DNA of 64,000 nucleotides from a virus (lineage: Duplodnaviria; Caudoviricetes): positions 64,001-128,000 of the IMG/VR virus record IMGVR_UViG_3300033120_000574. One strand, written 5' to 3'. Positions 47,677 through 57,080 of the stretch are shown here, piece after piece. The notes beneath the pieces were generated by a model. The model made no database searches. It had not been told where the DNA came from and saw only the letters and a program-made list of their open reading frames with translations. The position numbers were made by a program, and so were the translations under genes. Each line of letters begins with the position of its first letter. The stretch's first letter is position 1.

Positions 47677-48479
47677 TAGCGTCTCCAAATAGGTAGCGCA
47701 GGAGCACTCTGTTTTTCCAACAGAGAACAGTGTGAACATGAGTTGTCCAAACTCTTATTCATATGTCCGCAAGCATTGCAGGACTTGTAGATCTGCACAT
47801 TAACTTGTTCTGGTGCAGCTGAAACGTTCACAACTGGACGACCGTTTCTAAATGCTTCGTACAAATGTGGTTCTTTTGCAGCTGCAATAGGTTCAACAGT
47901 AATTTGTTCCTCTCCAGAGGAGACTGTATCAGTTGCCACACTTATGGCTTTTCCAGACTTTGTGGACATCAAACGTGATGTCAGTGCTTTCAGGATTTCT
48001 TTTGGTGTGGACATATTTACTCCAGTGCGCGAACTAGGTCCTTGAATACTAGCAGATCGCTCATTTAAAAACAAGTGTTTGATTAGTTTACCATTACTTG
48101 CTTGCAGCTTAGCTTTAAATGCAAGCATAGTATACTGTTTGATACTTCCTAAAAACTTCGGATTGTTATAGTGCTTTAGGTAAGCAGCCTTGGCTTCTTG
48201 CTCAGAGTCGAAGCCAAGCATTACCTTCTGTTCATCTATTTCTACAAATTCAGGAGCTTTTAGCTGTGTGACTACAAAGACGTTCTCAGCATGCGGGCTT
48301 GGTCCCACATAAACATCTACTTCTTCTCCATCCGTTCCAAGGGTACCACATATGAATCCGTAGGGATTCTGCATGTAAGTAGTACCCTTAGTGTCTGAAA
48401 ATGGGTCGTACCAGTGTCGTTCTGTTCCTTGGTCAGTTTCGACACAAATACACAAGTCTTGATATGTAATATGTTTCAC
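47676..48479 (-). CDS. InPase (phage polyvalent-protein-type pyrophosphatase) domain protein
   Basis: GTG start at 48479; YGFI.GT.G.DGEEVDVYVGP...VFVV.Q...DEQKVMLGF.S...AK.AYL..Y; C-terminal CxxC..CxxC. Confidence 0.75.
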   Translation of the reverse strand: MKHITYQDLCICVETDQGTERHWYDPFSDTKGTTYMQNPYGFICGTLGTDGEEVDVYVGPSPHAENVFVVTQLKAPEFVEIDEQKVMLGFDSEQEAKAAYLKHYNNPKFLGSIKQYTMLAFKAKLQASNGKLIKHLFLNERSASIQGPSSRTGVNMSTPKEILKALTSRLMSTKSGKAISVATDTVSSGEEQITVEPIAAAKEPHLYEAFRNGRPVVNVSAAPEQVNVQIYKSCNACGHMNKSLDNSCSHCSLLEKQSAPALPIWRR

Positions 48480-51400
48480 TACACACCTCTGTAGAAATCC
48501 AACCAAGACTCGTCTTGGTCAAATGAGACTTCAAACGTTTTAGTGTCAATGGACTTGGTGAAACCATCTGAATAAGAGGGTTTTGAATTATCTTCAGCTA
48601 CTTGTGCTTCCGGTTTGTCTTTTCCTGGTTGTGCACTTGGTGGAGCTGTGCCACCACCAGCAGCTCCAGCAGCTCCGGCAGCAGCCTGCTGTTGCTCTAG
48701 TTGCCTACGTTGTTGTTGTGCTGTGGTGTATGTTGGGTTCAAGATCAAATCTCCATCAGCAACGTCAGGAAGGTCTTCTTGTCTACGAATCTCATTCAGG
48801 GTCATGTATGTTGATACTTGTTCCTTACGTAGTTCATGCTTTTCTTGCTCTGTGAGTTCATCAAGACCAACAAAATCAAACGTGAAATTGTCGTCCAACT
48901 TATTAACCACGTTGTCATTTATCAGCTTAGCAAGGAAGCGAAGCATTGGCTTAAGCCCACGATCACGAGATGCCTTTAGCTTCCATTCTTGGCTTGATTC
49001 GAATAGAGGTGTCTGCTGAACACCGCCATGCATGTCAAAGTTCAACTCTGCTGGATCGATCAAAAACACAGCACAGTTGTGTACAGCAAATCTGTGTGCT
49101 TGATATGTGTGTTCTCCGTCTACCTCTATGTTGTAAACCTTTCCTTCAAAATGGTTTGTGTGAGAAGAAGAGACGGGAACGTAATAATACGTAGCACTTT
49201 CATAAATGGTAGAACGCAGTGCAGTCAAACTACTCACTCTGTCACGTAACTTGTTACCCTTTGGCCCTCTCAACCAAGTAGCTAGTCTAGCGGAGTAGAC
49301 ACCATTAATATCTAAGCGGTGCAAGTCATTAACAGAATTGAAACCAGTGTTTGTTACAGTGTAACGATGGGAATACACATTTTGACGAAACAACAGGTGG
49401 CGAATCTGTTCTAGTGCTGTTTTTGACACAAGAGACAAAGTACTTACTGCAGCACCAGTGACGAAAGCAGGGACGGACCCGTCTCCTGCGAACACGCCGC
49501 TTATGAATGCACGTTGAACTTCTGTAGGAGCATCAAATAGCATCTTAGGAATCTTTTTCAATACAGCTTTTGAACCAAACAAATTTCCAAGAACATCAGC
49601 AACAAGAGAACTGTGCAAACAAATGTTAGCAGTGCTTTCTTTTGCTGCATAGGTACGAGAGTGTACTCCAATTCTAGTAGCTATGCGTTCAACAGCAGCT
49701 ACGTACTCTTCTTCATGTTTTGCAAAAGTAAAGTATGCTGCTGACTCGGTTGTATTTCCTTCAGCTAAATACAACCCAAGAACGTAAGCTAGCTCTTCAT
49801 CCAAAGCCCAATAACGTTGAATAAATTTTCCAGCATTTCCTTTAGGTGCAATATGCAAAGCATCAGGTGACACTCTGCAATTAGCGGCTCCCAATACGGC
49901 CAAACAATCGATTGTTTGGTCTTTTCCAACAAATTCATACGTCTTCTTTGGTATGGTTAAGTAGTCAACGCCTTCAACGATTTCTCCTGCGTTTTTCCAC
50001 GCAGGCTCACCAAATAGGCGAGAGCCGTTGTGCAAGGATGAGGAAACAACCCACATAGGATGTTCTGGAGTTACTTCGATGGTTTCTCCTGCTGTAAGGG
50101 TAACCAAAGGTCCACAGTATTCTGTGATCTGTAAGTTACTCACATTGCGTGGTTGACCTGTGTGAGAAAATACCACATCTCCAGGCACTACAGATTCTAT
50201 AGCTGTAGTCGACCCGTCTGCCATCGTGATTGGTGTATTACCAGTGAAGCAGGTAATCTTGATCAGGTATTCCATCCACATGGAGTACTCCATCTCTTGA
50301 TTACTTTGATGCAAAGGAACCCAGTCAATACCCTGCTCTGATTGCATGATGGGAGTACGCCAAGCGTTGGTGACGCCCTCTACATTGTTCTTCCACTCAC
50401 GTTTGAACACTTCTAACTGATCTCCAGTTAGATTGTCTCCCTTTATGTTCAAAATACCTTTCGGGGCTGAATTGGACGTTATACAGCCACCAGCGCTCCA
50501 CCTATGTCCCTCATGTGTTTGTCTGACATCAAACATAGGAACATGTACACCAATCACGTTAATGGATTTAATCTGAATCCATCGATAGTTTAGTGCCTCT
50601 TCTTGAGCAGAGGAGCGCAATGCTTTCAACTGTGACTTACTTCGTGTGCCACCAGGTACATACCCTATTAACCGTTGTAGTATTCCTTCTTGTGCAAAGC
50701 GAGGAATCTTACCACCAGAATCCTTTCGATTAGGAGAAACTGTTTTATATGTTTGTAGAAACCCAATCAGAGAAGCAAATTTGTTGTTTTCACAAACACG
50801 CAAATAGTGACAAGGTCTACCACTAGCATTCATCAAAGAATGAGACAAGCTACTAGATATACCAAGAGACCACAGCAACTGTTGTACGCCAGCAATAAGG
50901 TTAGTACTAGAGCTACACACATATGCGTGAATGCCATTCTTAACGAACCCATCAGCACTGAAGTATCCGCGTAGAAAAGCAGCTCTGTTTTCTACAGTTT
51001 CTGCAAATAAACGAGAAGGAACAACTTTCTCATGTGATGCGGAAGAAGACATCCCAACAACGTTTGTCAAGAAATCAAACAAGCCTTTGTTTCGTATAAC
51101 CAACGTATCAAGTTTAGTTCCTCCCCAATCACCACCACTTTTACGCATATGATGTGATATTCCACGAGAACCAAGCATAGTTCGAAACTTTTCTTGTACC
51201 TCTGTGTCTTTGGGAGAGAACACGCAGGATGTCGTGTAGTTTCTCTTATTTCCAGCATTTATCGAGCTACGTGTATCAGTTACGTACCCATCACCTACCA
51301 AAAATCCAATAAATTCGTAAAAAGGGGCATCTAACAACCCTGCGTTTACTGTAGGTTGTTTTGGTTTTTTACCTACCTGAACATAAACAGGGTCTAGTTC

Positions 51401-52615
51401 ATTGAATTCTAACAAGGCTTCACTTTGAGCTACAAAATCACCAACACGCAACTCTTGTAATTCCTTCATAACTGCTTGTCCATCACAAGACAAAGACAAG
51501 AACTTGTGATTTGGAGAGGTAATTAGACTGTAATTGTTAGCCAACCCTACGCTAACAGCCTCTTTGTGGCCAGATGACACTACGTCAGAGGTAACCCACT
51601 CAGTTCCATTCCAGCAATCAAATACCTTTCCAACCAGGGAAGAGATAGGAACCAGCCCATCACGGGTATGAACAGTAGTATCTCCTGCTACACAACCTTG
51701 CATGAAAAAGCGTCTGTTGTACTCTTCAGCGTACAAATGTGCAGTGATTACAGTGATTAGTTGTTCTAGCTCTCCATAACCATAACCTTGCACATAGATG
51801 TCAGACCTGGGGTTACGTACACCAAATACAAGTTCTTTGTTAGTGTATACGTTACGTTGCTGTCCATTGATTAACTGTACATATGCAGGGACATCATGAA
51901 GCTCTGGATTTTGAACCTTCATGGTCTTATAGGGCTGGGTCAAGGTCTCAGCATGTCCACGCATCAAAGCATTGGCAGTATGCGTGGCGTGTGCCAGGTC
52001 CATATCCATGTGGTTGGATGCAATACGGATTGTAGATGCATCTACAGCAAGAAATTCGTATGGCATTCCTTTACGGTCTGGAACCACTTCGAAAGTGGCT
52101 TGATCGTACATTAAGCTGTCACGAACAAGCTTCTTTAGGAAAGTTTCAAAGTCATCACGCACATATGGACTGTGTGGATTTGGGTCTTCAGCACCACAAG
52201 CATAGATGAACTTCTCTACAGACTGTATGAATTCACGTTCACCTTTAGTCGTTAGTCGTGCGGGGTTCTTGTGTTTAACAGCAAAGCCGAGAGATTTGTT
52301 CAAACGAAACGGTGTAGCAAACTGGGCTACTTGATTACATCTGGTTTGTAAAATAGCAGAGATGAGTGCTAGCTGCTGGGGAATGCGTTTAAGCGTTTCG
52401 TAAGACAACGAATAACGTCTGTCTTTGTAACCCATTGCAAACTGAATAGACAACGGGTCAAACACCAAAGACTTTGGACCTTTTGCAGCCAACTCTGGAT
52501 CTAGCTTAGATTTCCTGATTTCTTCGGAAACCATGGAAGGAATCATGTTTGTAGCATCTCTCCACTTGGAGACGTGCTCAACCCACTTGTCTTGGTCTTT
52601 GAATCTGTCACTCAT
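48479..52615 (-). CDS. portal protein containing two inteins (about 578 aa after splicing)
   Basis: LVRDSL.YDQ..FE, VDASTIR, RNPR.D....GYG..ELE, RFFMQG|SAPKGIL, S.DRGLKP.L, TLNE.R. Confidence 0.92.
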   Translation of the reverse strand: MSDRFKDQDKWVEHVSKWRDATNMIPSMVSEEIRKSKLDPELAAKGPKSLVFDPLSIQFAMGYKDRRYSLSYETLKRIPQQLALISAILQTRCNQVAQFATPFRLNKSLGFAVKHKNPARLTTKGEREFIQSVEKFIYACGAEDPNPHSPYVRDDFETFLKKLVRDSLMYDQATFEVVPDRKGMPYEFLAVDASTIRIASNHMDMDLAHATHTANALMRGHAETLTQPYKTMKVQNPELHDVPAYVQLINGQQRNVYTNKELVFGVRNPRSDIYVQGYGYGELEQLITVITAHLYAEEYNRRFFMQGCVAGDTTVHTRDGLVPISSLVGKVFDCWNGTEWVTSDVVSSGHKEAVSVGLANNYSLITSPNHKFLSLSCDGQAVMKELQELRVGDFVAQSEALLEFNELDPVYVQVGKKPKQPTVNAGLLDAPFYEFIGFLVGDGYVTDTRSSINAGNKRNYTTSCVFSPKDTEVQEKFRTMLGSRGISHHMRKSGGDWGGTKLDTLVIRNKGLFDFLTNVVGMSSSASHEKVVPSRLFAETVENRAAFLRGYFSADGFVKNGIHAYVCSSSTNLIAGVQQLLWSLGISSSLSHSLMNASGRPCHYLRVCENNKFASLIGFLQTYKTVSPNRKDSGGKIPRFAQEGILQRLIGYVPGGTRSKSQLKALRSSAQEEALNYRWIQIKSINVIGVHVPMFDVRQTHEGHRWSAGGCITSNSAPKGILNIKGDNLTGDQLEVFKREWKNNVEGVTNAWRTPIMQSEQGIDWVPLHQSNQEMEYSMWMEYLIKITCFTGNTPITMADGSTTAIESVVPGDVVFSHTGQPRNVSNLQITEYCGPLVTLTAGETIEVTPEHPMWVVSSSLHNGSRLFGEPAWKNAGEIVEGVDYLTIPKKTYEFVGKDQTIDCLAVLGAANCRVSPDALHIAPKGNAGKFIQRYWALDEELAYVLGLYLAEGNTTESAAYFTFAKHEEEYVAAVERIATRIGVHSRTYAAKESTANICLHSSLVADVLGNLFGSKAVLKKIPKMLFDAPTEVQRAFISGVFAGDGSVPAFVTGAAVSTLSLVSKTALEQIRHLLFRQNVYSHRYTVTNTGFNSVNDLHRLDINGVYSARLATWLRGPKGNKLRDRVSSLTALRSTIYESATYYYVPVSSSHTNHFEGKVYNIEVDGEHTYQAHRFAVHNCAVFLIDPAELNFDMHGGVQQTPLFESSQEWKLKASRDRGLKPMLRFLAKLINDNVVNKLDDNFTFDFVGLDELTEQEKHELRKEQVSTYMTLNEIRRQEDLPDVADGDLILNPTYTTAQQQRRQLEQQQAAAGAAGAAGGGTAPPSAQPGKDKPEAQVAEDNSKPSYSDGFTKSIDTKTFEVSFDQDESWLDFYRGV
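49076..50251 (-). mobile_element. intein 2 in portal (392 aa) with LAGLIDADG endonuclease
   Basis: Begins CFTGNT; block B TPEHP; LGLYLAEG and ISGVFAGDG; ends VHN|C. Confidence 0.92.
50471..51694 (-). mobile_element. intein 1 in portal (408 aa) with LAGLIDADG endonuclease
   Basis: Begins CVAGDT; block B SPNHKF; IGFLVGDG and LRGYFSADG; ends TSN|S. Confidence 0.9.
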
Positions 52616-53085
52616 TTCAACCTACTTATAGACTTACGCATACGTCCAACTAGCCAGGAATTGAACATAGCACGTTCTCTTCCTGAGATCGAAACCAAAC
52701 CCTTGCTTACGTCTTGTGGGCTGTATTCTCTTTCCACTGTAAGAAATTCATACTCAAGAGCTGAGGGGGTCAAGTCTTCCACTATTTGATTAAAAGACTT
52801 GGTTAGGTCTTGTAGTTGGCAAATAGCTTTATTGGTTGGCTTACCTACAACTCCACGCTCTTGTGCAATCTGAGAGTCTGATTTCCTGTCAGACTCTAAG
52901 TCTTCATCGGCATCAGCTGAGTTGTTGGCATCTATGGCATGATCATCAGGTTCACCACCAGTAACACCACTATGGTCCCTAGAGAATGACTCTTTGTATG
53001 ACCTAGAACTTTGTCTGTCATCTGCGGGTCCAGTTGCAGTATTCGGAATTCCTACTGCTTTAAAAAGGTCTAGATAAAGGTTCAT
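52612..53085 (-). CDS. hypothetical head-region protein
   Basis: 157 aa starting MNLYLDLFKA. Confidence 0.7.
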   Translation of the reverse strand: MNLYLDLFKAVGIPNTATGPADDRQSSRSYKESFSRDHSGVTGGEPDDHAIDANNSADADEDLESDRKSDSQIAQERGVVGKPTNKAICQLQDLTKSFNQIVEDLTPSALEYEFLTVEREYSPQDVSKGLVSISGRERAMFNSWLVGRMRKSISRLK

Positions 53086-54569
53086 TTACCCTCTTTCACT
53101 TCTGCTGCATCTGTATCGTCTTCAGCTTCTTCTGCTTTTTTCTTCTCTGCTCTAGAAGTCAACAAGCCATGTCCCAAACTCACTGCACCAGATCCACCAT
53201 AGTTAATTACTTGACTTCCAGCACTTCCAGCACCGCGTGGAGACACTGCAGCGTCTGCAAGTCTGGTTCCTGCATTTACACCAGTTTGTATACGCTGCTT
53301 AGCACTTATTCCATTACTTCCACCACGCTTTGTCTCTGGTGTGGGTTCTTTCTCAGTCTTTTGTGGTTTTGGTTCTTTCTCGGGCTTGTCTGGCTTAGCA
53401 ATATCTTTTGAACTTGCTTTCAAGGTCTTTAGGTCTGCTTGATGATTCTGACTTGGAACTGTTTCCAGTTGATCGTGTACATCCAAAGCAGACAGTACGT
53501 GTTGTGCTCGCTGCTCGTCATCAGGATGCATTGTTCCTGCGTCGATCTTTGCCTGAATTTGTTCTCTAAGCTGTCGAGCTTCAGCTTTATGTGCAAGTAC
53601 CTTAGCGTGGTCACTGTCTGTGGCAGGAGCAGGACTATGAGCCTTTACTTTAGCTTCATTCTCTTCTTTAAGCTTCTTTGCATCCACAGCAGTCTGCTTG
53701 TTTGTGGTCTTTGCTGTTGATTTTTTATCCGATGAGGATGCAGCTTTTTTAGGTTCTTCCTTTTTTTCTGGCTCTTTAAGTTTTGGTCCATCAGGAGTTC
53801 TAGGATCCATAGCCTCTGCATTAGCAGCAGTGGTCTTTTCATGAATCTTGGAATGAAAGTCGGAATGGTCCTGCAACCCTTCTGCTTTGAGCTGTTCACT
53901 TATTTCTTTGTGTTGAGCAGAACTGAATCCATTTGAGCGTTCTCTTGCCAGTTTCTCATGCTTCTTGGCATTTTCATCATCGCCAGTCTCTTTTGCAACC
54001 TTAGACAAACGATAGTGATCTATTGCTTTGGAGTCTGCTGGTGCATTTGAGGCATCTAGCGGATTTGGAAAGTCTTGTCTCTTGTGGCGATCTAAGTTGA
54101 TTTCTGAGTCGATCAACGTCTTCTTTTGTGAACCAGGATTCTCTTTTCCAGAATCAACGGACGCAACAGCAGGGAACTCTCTAAGCGTTCTGCTGCTGTT
54201 CTCTTCTTCGTCCTTGAAGCCACTGTTAGGAATCTCGCCAGGCTTGATCCTGCGAGTTCTCTTGTTATCCATGTTCACAGTCTTTTGTTGGTCTGCACCA
54301 ACACTACCCATGTTTTGGGATGCAGGAGTTACACCAGGCTTCTCAGGGTCGTTACCCTTAGACTCATCACCAGGAGGAGCACCTGCCTGAGAAGACTTTG
54401 CAGCCTGTGCAGTATGGTCAGTAAGCGTTTGGCTACCTAGGATATGCTTCCCACCATCTGGGCACGTACCTCCCAAAGGGCAATCAACCACCTCTGGAGA
54501 GGTGGATACCGTTTGTTTAGGTATTGATTGTCCTTTGTTTACGAGTTCAGCAGCCAAGTATAGGTACAT
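53082..54569 (-). CDS. charged low-complexity protein (probable internal head protein)
   Basis: 495 aa, K/E/P-rich, starting MYLYLAAELVNKG. Confidence 0.65.
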   Translation of the reverse strand: MYLYLAAELVNKGQSIPKQTVSTSPEVVDCPLGGTCPDGGKHILGSQTLTDHTAQAAKSSQAGAPPGDESKGNDPEKPGVTPASQNMGSVGADQQKTVNMDNKRTRRIKPGEIPNSGFKDEEENSSRTLREFPAVASVDSGKENPGSQKKTLIDSEINLDRHKRQDFPNPLDASNAPADSKAIDHYRLSKVAKETGDDENAKKHEKLARERSNGFSSAQHKEISEQLKAEGLQDHSDFHSKIHEKTTAANAEAMDPRTPDGPKLKEPEKKEEPKKAASSSDKKSTAKTTNKQTAVDAKKLKEENEAKVKAHSPAPATDSDHAKVLAHKAEARQLREQIQAKIDAGTMHPDDEQRAQHVLSALDVHDQLETVPSQNHQADLKTLKASSKDIAKPDKPEKEPKPQKTEKEPTPETKRGGSNGISAKQRIQTGVNAGTRLADAAVSPRGAGSAGSQVINYGGSGAVSLGHGLLTSRAEKKKAEEAEDDTDAAEVKEGK

Positions 54570-54572
54570 TTA

Positions 54573-55217
54573 TCACCCTGCAGAGTCTTCGTTGAATGTT
54601 AGTGGACGAGCATTAACTCCCTGCACAGCTGTAGCTCTAAACGCATCTTCGGTAGAGACAACACGCTCAACAGGCTTTTGACCTCTGCGTTCGCGCATAT
54701 TATCTATCGTCTTTGTGTTTGAAGTTCTACGTGGTACAGCCACTTGATTTGTGTCCTTGAGAGACACTAAGTCACGCAAATCAACATCTACAAGTTGATC
54801 CACTGCGACTTCAGTTAAGTTTACTTCATATTTATCTTCTTGAGTACAAAGAAGAACAAGTTTATCACGACTCTTCAATCTGTGTGCTTGTTTTGGAGAA
54901 GCAATTACAGTGTCACCATTAGCAATGTGCTTGAACTCTTCCTCACCATCTGCGTTTGTGGTGACAAAATAACCACTTCCAGTAGCCACAGTGTAAGTGC
55001 GTGTCTTCTTTGCATGCTCCCAAATAGGAGTGGATGCTCCATCTACAAAGGACATGTAAAGCACAGTAAATGGCTTACAAGAAGCTTTTACGACATGAAA
55101 TCCGTATACAGTTTGTACACGGTCTCCAGTGACACCAGCGATCTCACGAGTTGCTACAGCAACAATGTCTGAGTGTTTACGGAACTTCTTCGGATCCAGG
55201 TTCAGGTTTTGACGCAT
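54573..55217 (-). CDS. cupin-fold protein
   Basis: H.KK...Y.V..GSG...GD.V...P...HRL. Confidence 0.6.
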   Translation of the reverse strand: MRQNLNLDPKKFRKHSDIVAVATREIAGVTGDRVQTVYGFHVVKASCKPFTVLYMSFVDGASTPIWEHAKKTRTYTVATGSGYFVTTNADGEEEFKHIANGDTVIASPKQAHRLKSRDKLVLLCTQEDKYEVNLTEVAVDQLVDVDLRDLVSLKDTNQVAVPRRTSNTKTIDNMRERRGQKPVERVVSTEDAFRATAVQGVNARPLTFNEDSAG

Positions 55218-55524
55218 TTTCTTCTTTCCTCTTATTGAACGCTTTTCTATGATGAGATACCCATGCTTGGTAACGTTTAGCTACACAAGCACATATTACT
55301 GAATTCTCAGTAGCTTTGTTAATACCTACGATACCACGAGAATAACACTTTGTGCAACCCTTTAAAGCCCAGTAACCAGGACTTTCACTTGGTGTTTTGC
55401 TCTTCAAATACGCAATAAACTCTTCTCTGTCATCTGCGTACTTAGCAGCTACACGTTCTGCTACTTCAGGTGGAAGTTTACTAAGTAGTTTAGAAAAGGC
55501 ATCATCAGATGTAACAGTTCTCAT
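55177..55524 (-). CDS. zinc-ribbon protein
   Basis: CTKCYSRG...ICAC. Confidence 0.6.
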   Translation of the reverse strand: MRTVTSDDAFSKLLSKLPPEVAERVAAKYADDREEFIAYLKSKTPSESPGYWALKGCTKCYSRGIVGINKATENSVICACVAKRYQAWVSHHRKAFNKRKEENASKPEPGSEEVP

Positions 55525-55724
55525 TTGCTTCTTACTCTTTTCTTTATGGAGTCTCGTGAACTTAAGGAACGATTATGCATCCTCCTGGCCTCAACCTGTG
55601 CTCTGTGTTCTTTAAGAAACGATTCCTGTGCTTGTTTACAGTTACATGCAACCAACGTTGCAGAGTCAGCTGCTGGAAGCAAAGTCAGTGCTTCTCCACA
55701 GAATTTACACTTGTAAGAAATCAT
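55521..55724 (-). CDS. small zinc-ribbon protein
   Basis: CKFCG...ACNC. Confidence 0.55.
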   Translation of the reverse strand: MISYKCKFCGEALTLLPAADSATLVACNCKQAQESFLKEHRAQVEARRMHNRSLSSRDSIKKRVRSK

Positions 55725-56020
55725 GCTTTCCTGTGAATGGTCAGTGGTCCAACGTTCCTAGGCTTTCCAAAGGTAGCTTTGGTTAGAAATATCAAGTTAT
55801 TTATTGGTGCATGTTTCGGCAGCTTCAAACTCAAATGAAAGATTTTACCTATCTCTACAGTGTCCTTGAGTGATAGAACGACTTCGTTGTTTAAAAACAC
55901 CAAACCAGCTTGTAAGTATCTCTTACTTTCACGAATACTAGTACACATACCAGACAGGTCTAGTACTCTGTAAATTTCTGCATGAGTTGCAGTTCTGCTA
56001 GGCCAAGCCACGTATAGCAT
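55721..56020 (-). CDS. S4-like RNA-binding domain protein
   Basis: L...GMCTSIRESKRYLQAGLVFLNNEVV matches the S4 pattern; ATG at 56020. Confidence 0.65.
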   Translation of the reverse strand: MLYVAWPSRTATHAEIYRVLDLSGMCTSIRESKRYLQAGLVFLNNEVVLSLKDTVEIGKIFHLSLKLPKHAPINNLIFLTKATFGKPRNVGPLTIHRKA

Positions 56021-56026
56021 AGTGTG

Positions 56027-56035
56027 AGTATAGCA
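56027..56035 (-). promoter_or_regulatory. extended -10 promoter (possible leaderless mRNA)
   Basis: TG-C-TATACT 6 nt upstream of the ATG at 56020; no SD. Confidence 0.45.
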
Positions 56036-56036
56036 C

Positions 56037-56070
56037 AAACAGAAATACCCACGAATGTTATTCGTGGGTT
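56037..56070 (-). terminator. terminator of the tRNA operon
   Basis: ACCCACGAA-TAACA-TTCGTGGGT followed by ATTTCTGTTT. Confidence 0.65.
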
Positions 56071-56088
56071 ACTTTTGTGAGTTAGTAG

Positions 56089-56160
56089 TTTCCAGTGAAG
56101 GACTCGAACCTTCACAGACTTCTTCAGAGGAAGTTGACCTGCCAATTAGTCGAACCGGAA
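56089..56160 (-). tRNA. tRNA-Gln(CTG)
   Basis: ACTTC-CT-CTG-AA-GAAGT anticodon arm; GGTTCGAGTCC T arm. Confidence 0.85.
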
Positions 56161-56175
56161 ATATAATAATCTCGA

Positions 56176-56246
56176 AGCCCCGGACGAGAATCGAACTCAT
56201 GTCTCTCGCTTACAAGACGAGGGTACTGCCATTGTACTAACAGGGC
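56176..56246 (-). tRNA. tRNA-Thr(TGT)
   Basis: CTCGT-CT-TGT-AA-GCGAG. Confidence 0.85.
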
Positions 56247-56250
56247 AAAG

Positions 56251-56318
56251 AGGGTCTAGTGAGAATCGAACTCACCAACAATGTTTTGCAGACATCGGTC
56301 AAACCATTTGTTAGACCC
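56251..56318 (-). tRNA. tRNA-Cys(GCA), reduced D arm
   Basis: GATGT-CT-GCA-AA-ACATT; U73. Confidence 0.75.
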
Positions 56319-56324
56319 AAAAAT

Positions 56325-56398
56325 TGGAGCGTCTTGCGGGGATCAAACCCGCGCCGAGAGTTTGGAAAACTCCTATGCTATCGCTACACCAAAGACGC
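56325..56398 (-). tRNA. tRNA-Gly(TCC)
   Basis: GGAGT-TT-TCC-AA-ACTCT; encoded CCA. Confidence 0.8.
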
Positions 56399-56402
56399 AA
56401 AG

Positions 56403-56474
56403 TACCTTGTAGGAGAGTTGAACTCCTCTTACCCGATTGAAAGTCGAGAGTCCTTTCCGATAGACGAACAAGGC
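56403..56474 (-). tRNA. tRNA-Glu(TTC)
   Basis: CTCGA-CT-TTC-AA-TCGGG. Confidence 0.85.
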
Positions 56475-56477
56475 ATA

Positions 56478-56549
56478 TGACCCTATTGGGAATCTAACCC
56501 AACTTACCTAGTTGAGAACCAGGCTTCTTGAACACTAGAAGATAGGGCC
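56478..56549 (-). tRNA. tRNA-Glu(CTC)
   Basis: CCTGG-TT-CTC-AA-CTAGG; atypical T loop TTAGATT. Confidence 0.7.
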
Positions 56550-56550
56550 G

Positions 56551-56992
56551 TGGCACGTGTACGAGATGCTTTCAAAGGGCACCCACATTATGTACACATT
56601 TTTAAGAACCATGTAGCGATTGTAGTAAGTTTGGAGTCTGCTACATCTGTTGCTTTAACCCACAACAGGGATAGTAACATTCCTTATACACAACTGTGTC
56701 CTCACGACAACCTTTTAAAAACTACGTAGCAGACCCATGCGAAGCAGGGATTTACACCCTTGCAGCGTCACCGCGAACTTCTACACATACCTTAAGTTAT
56801 ATGTGCTGCGTCTTTTCAAAAACTACTTGGCGATATACTAACTGCTTTGTGTAGTTTTACCTACGCCATCTGCCTCGCACGACACCGCGAGTGTTCCTGT
56901 ATATCTTTAAAGAACCAATTTTGAGCACACAAGCAGTCAAATATATCGAGGTCTCACGCCCAACTTTGACAACCGCAAGGTTTTTAAGAACT
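56551..56992 (-). ncRNA. tandem array of 4-5 acceptor-stem-like small RNAs
   Basis: Each unit follows a GTTYTT(T)RAA leader; four close with a 7-12 bp terminal helix plus G-CCA or G-CTA; no cloverleaf. Confidence 0.55.
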
Positions 56993-56994
56993 CA

Positions 56995-57080
56995 CGAAGA
57001 GCTGAATACTCGAAATCCACACCCTTTTGAGGTGCCATCTGTTTAGCAAACAGTGCTAGTTCCTAACTAGTTAACTCTTC
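56995..57080 (-). tRNA. tRNA-Ser(GCT), 8/4 fold
   Basis: CTGT-TT-GCT-AA-ACAG; long variable arm; 8 bp acceptor and 4 bp T stem. Confidence 0.8.

Noticed and set aside
489-55716. Many + strand ORFs (e.g. 7186-7845, 18862-19611, 27881-28471)
   Set aside because: They are antisense shadows of well-supported minus-strand genes, with no recognisable motifs.
52612-56020. Terminase large subunit upstream of the portal
   Set aside because: No ORF here has terminase ATPase or nuclease motifs; the gene presumably lies outside the window.
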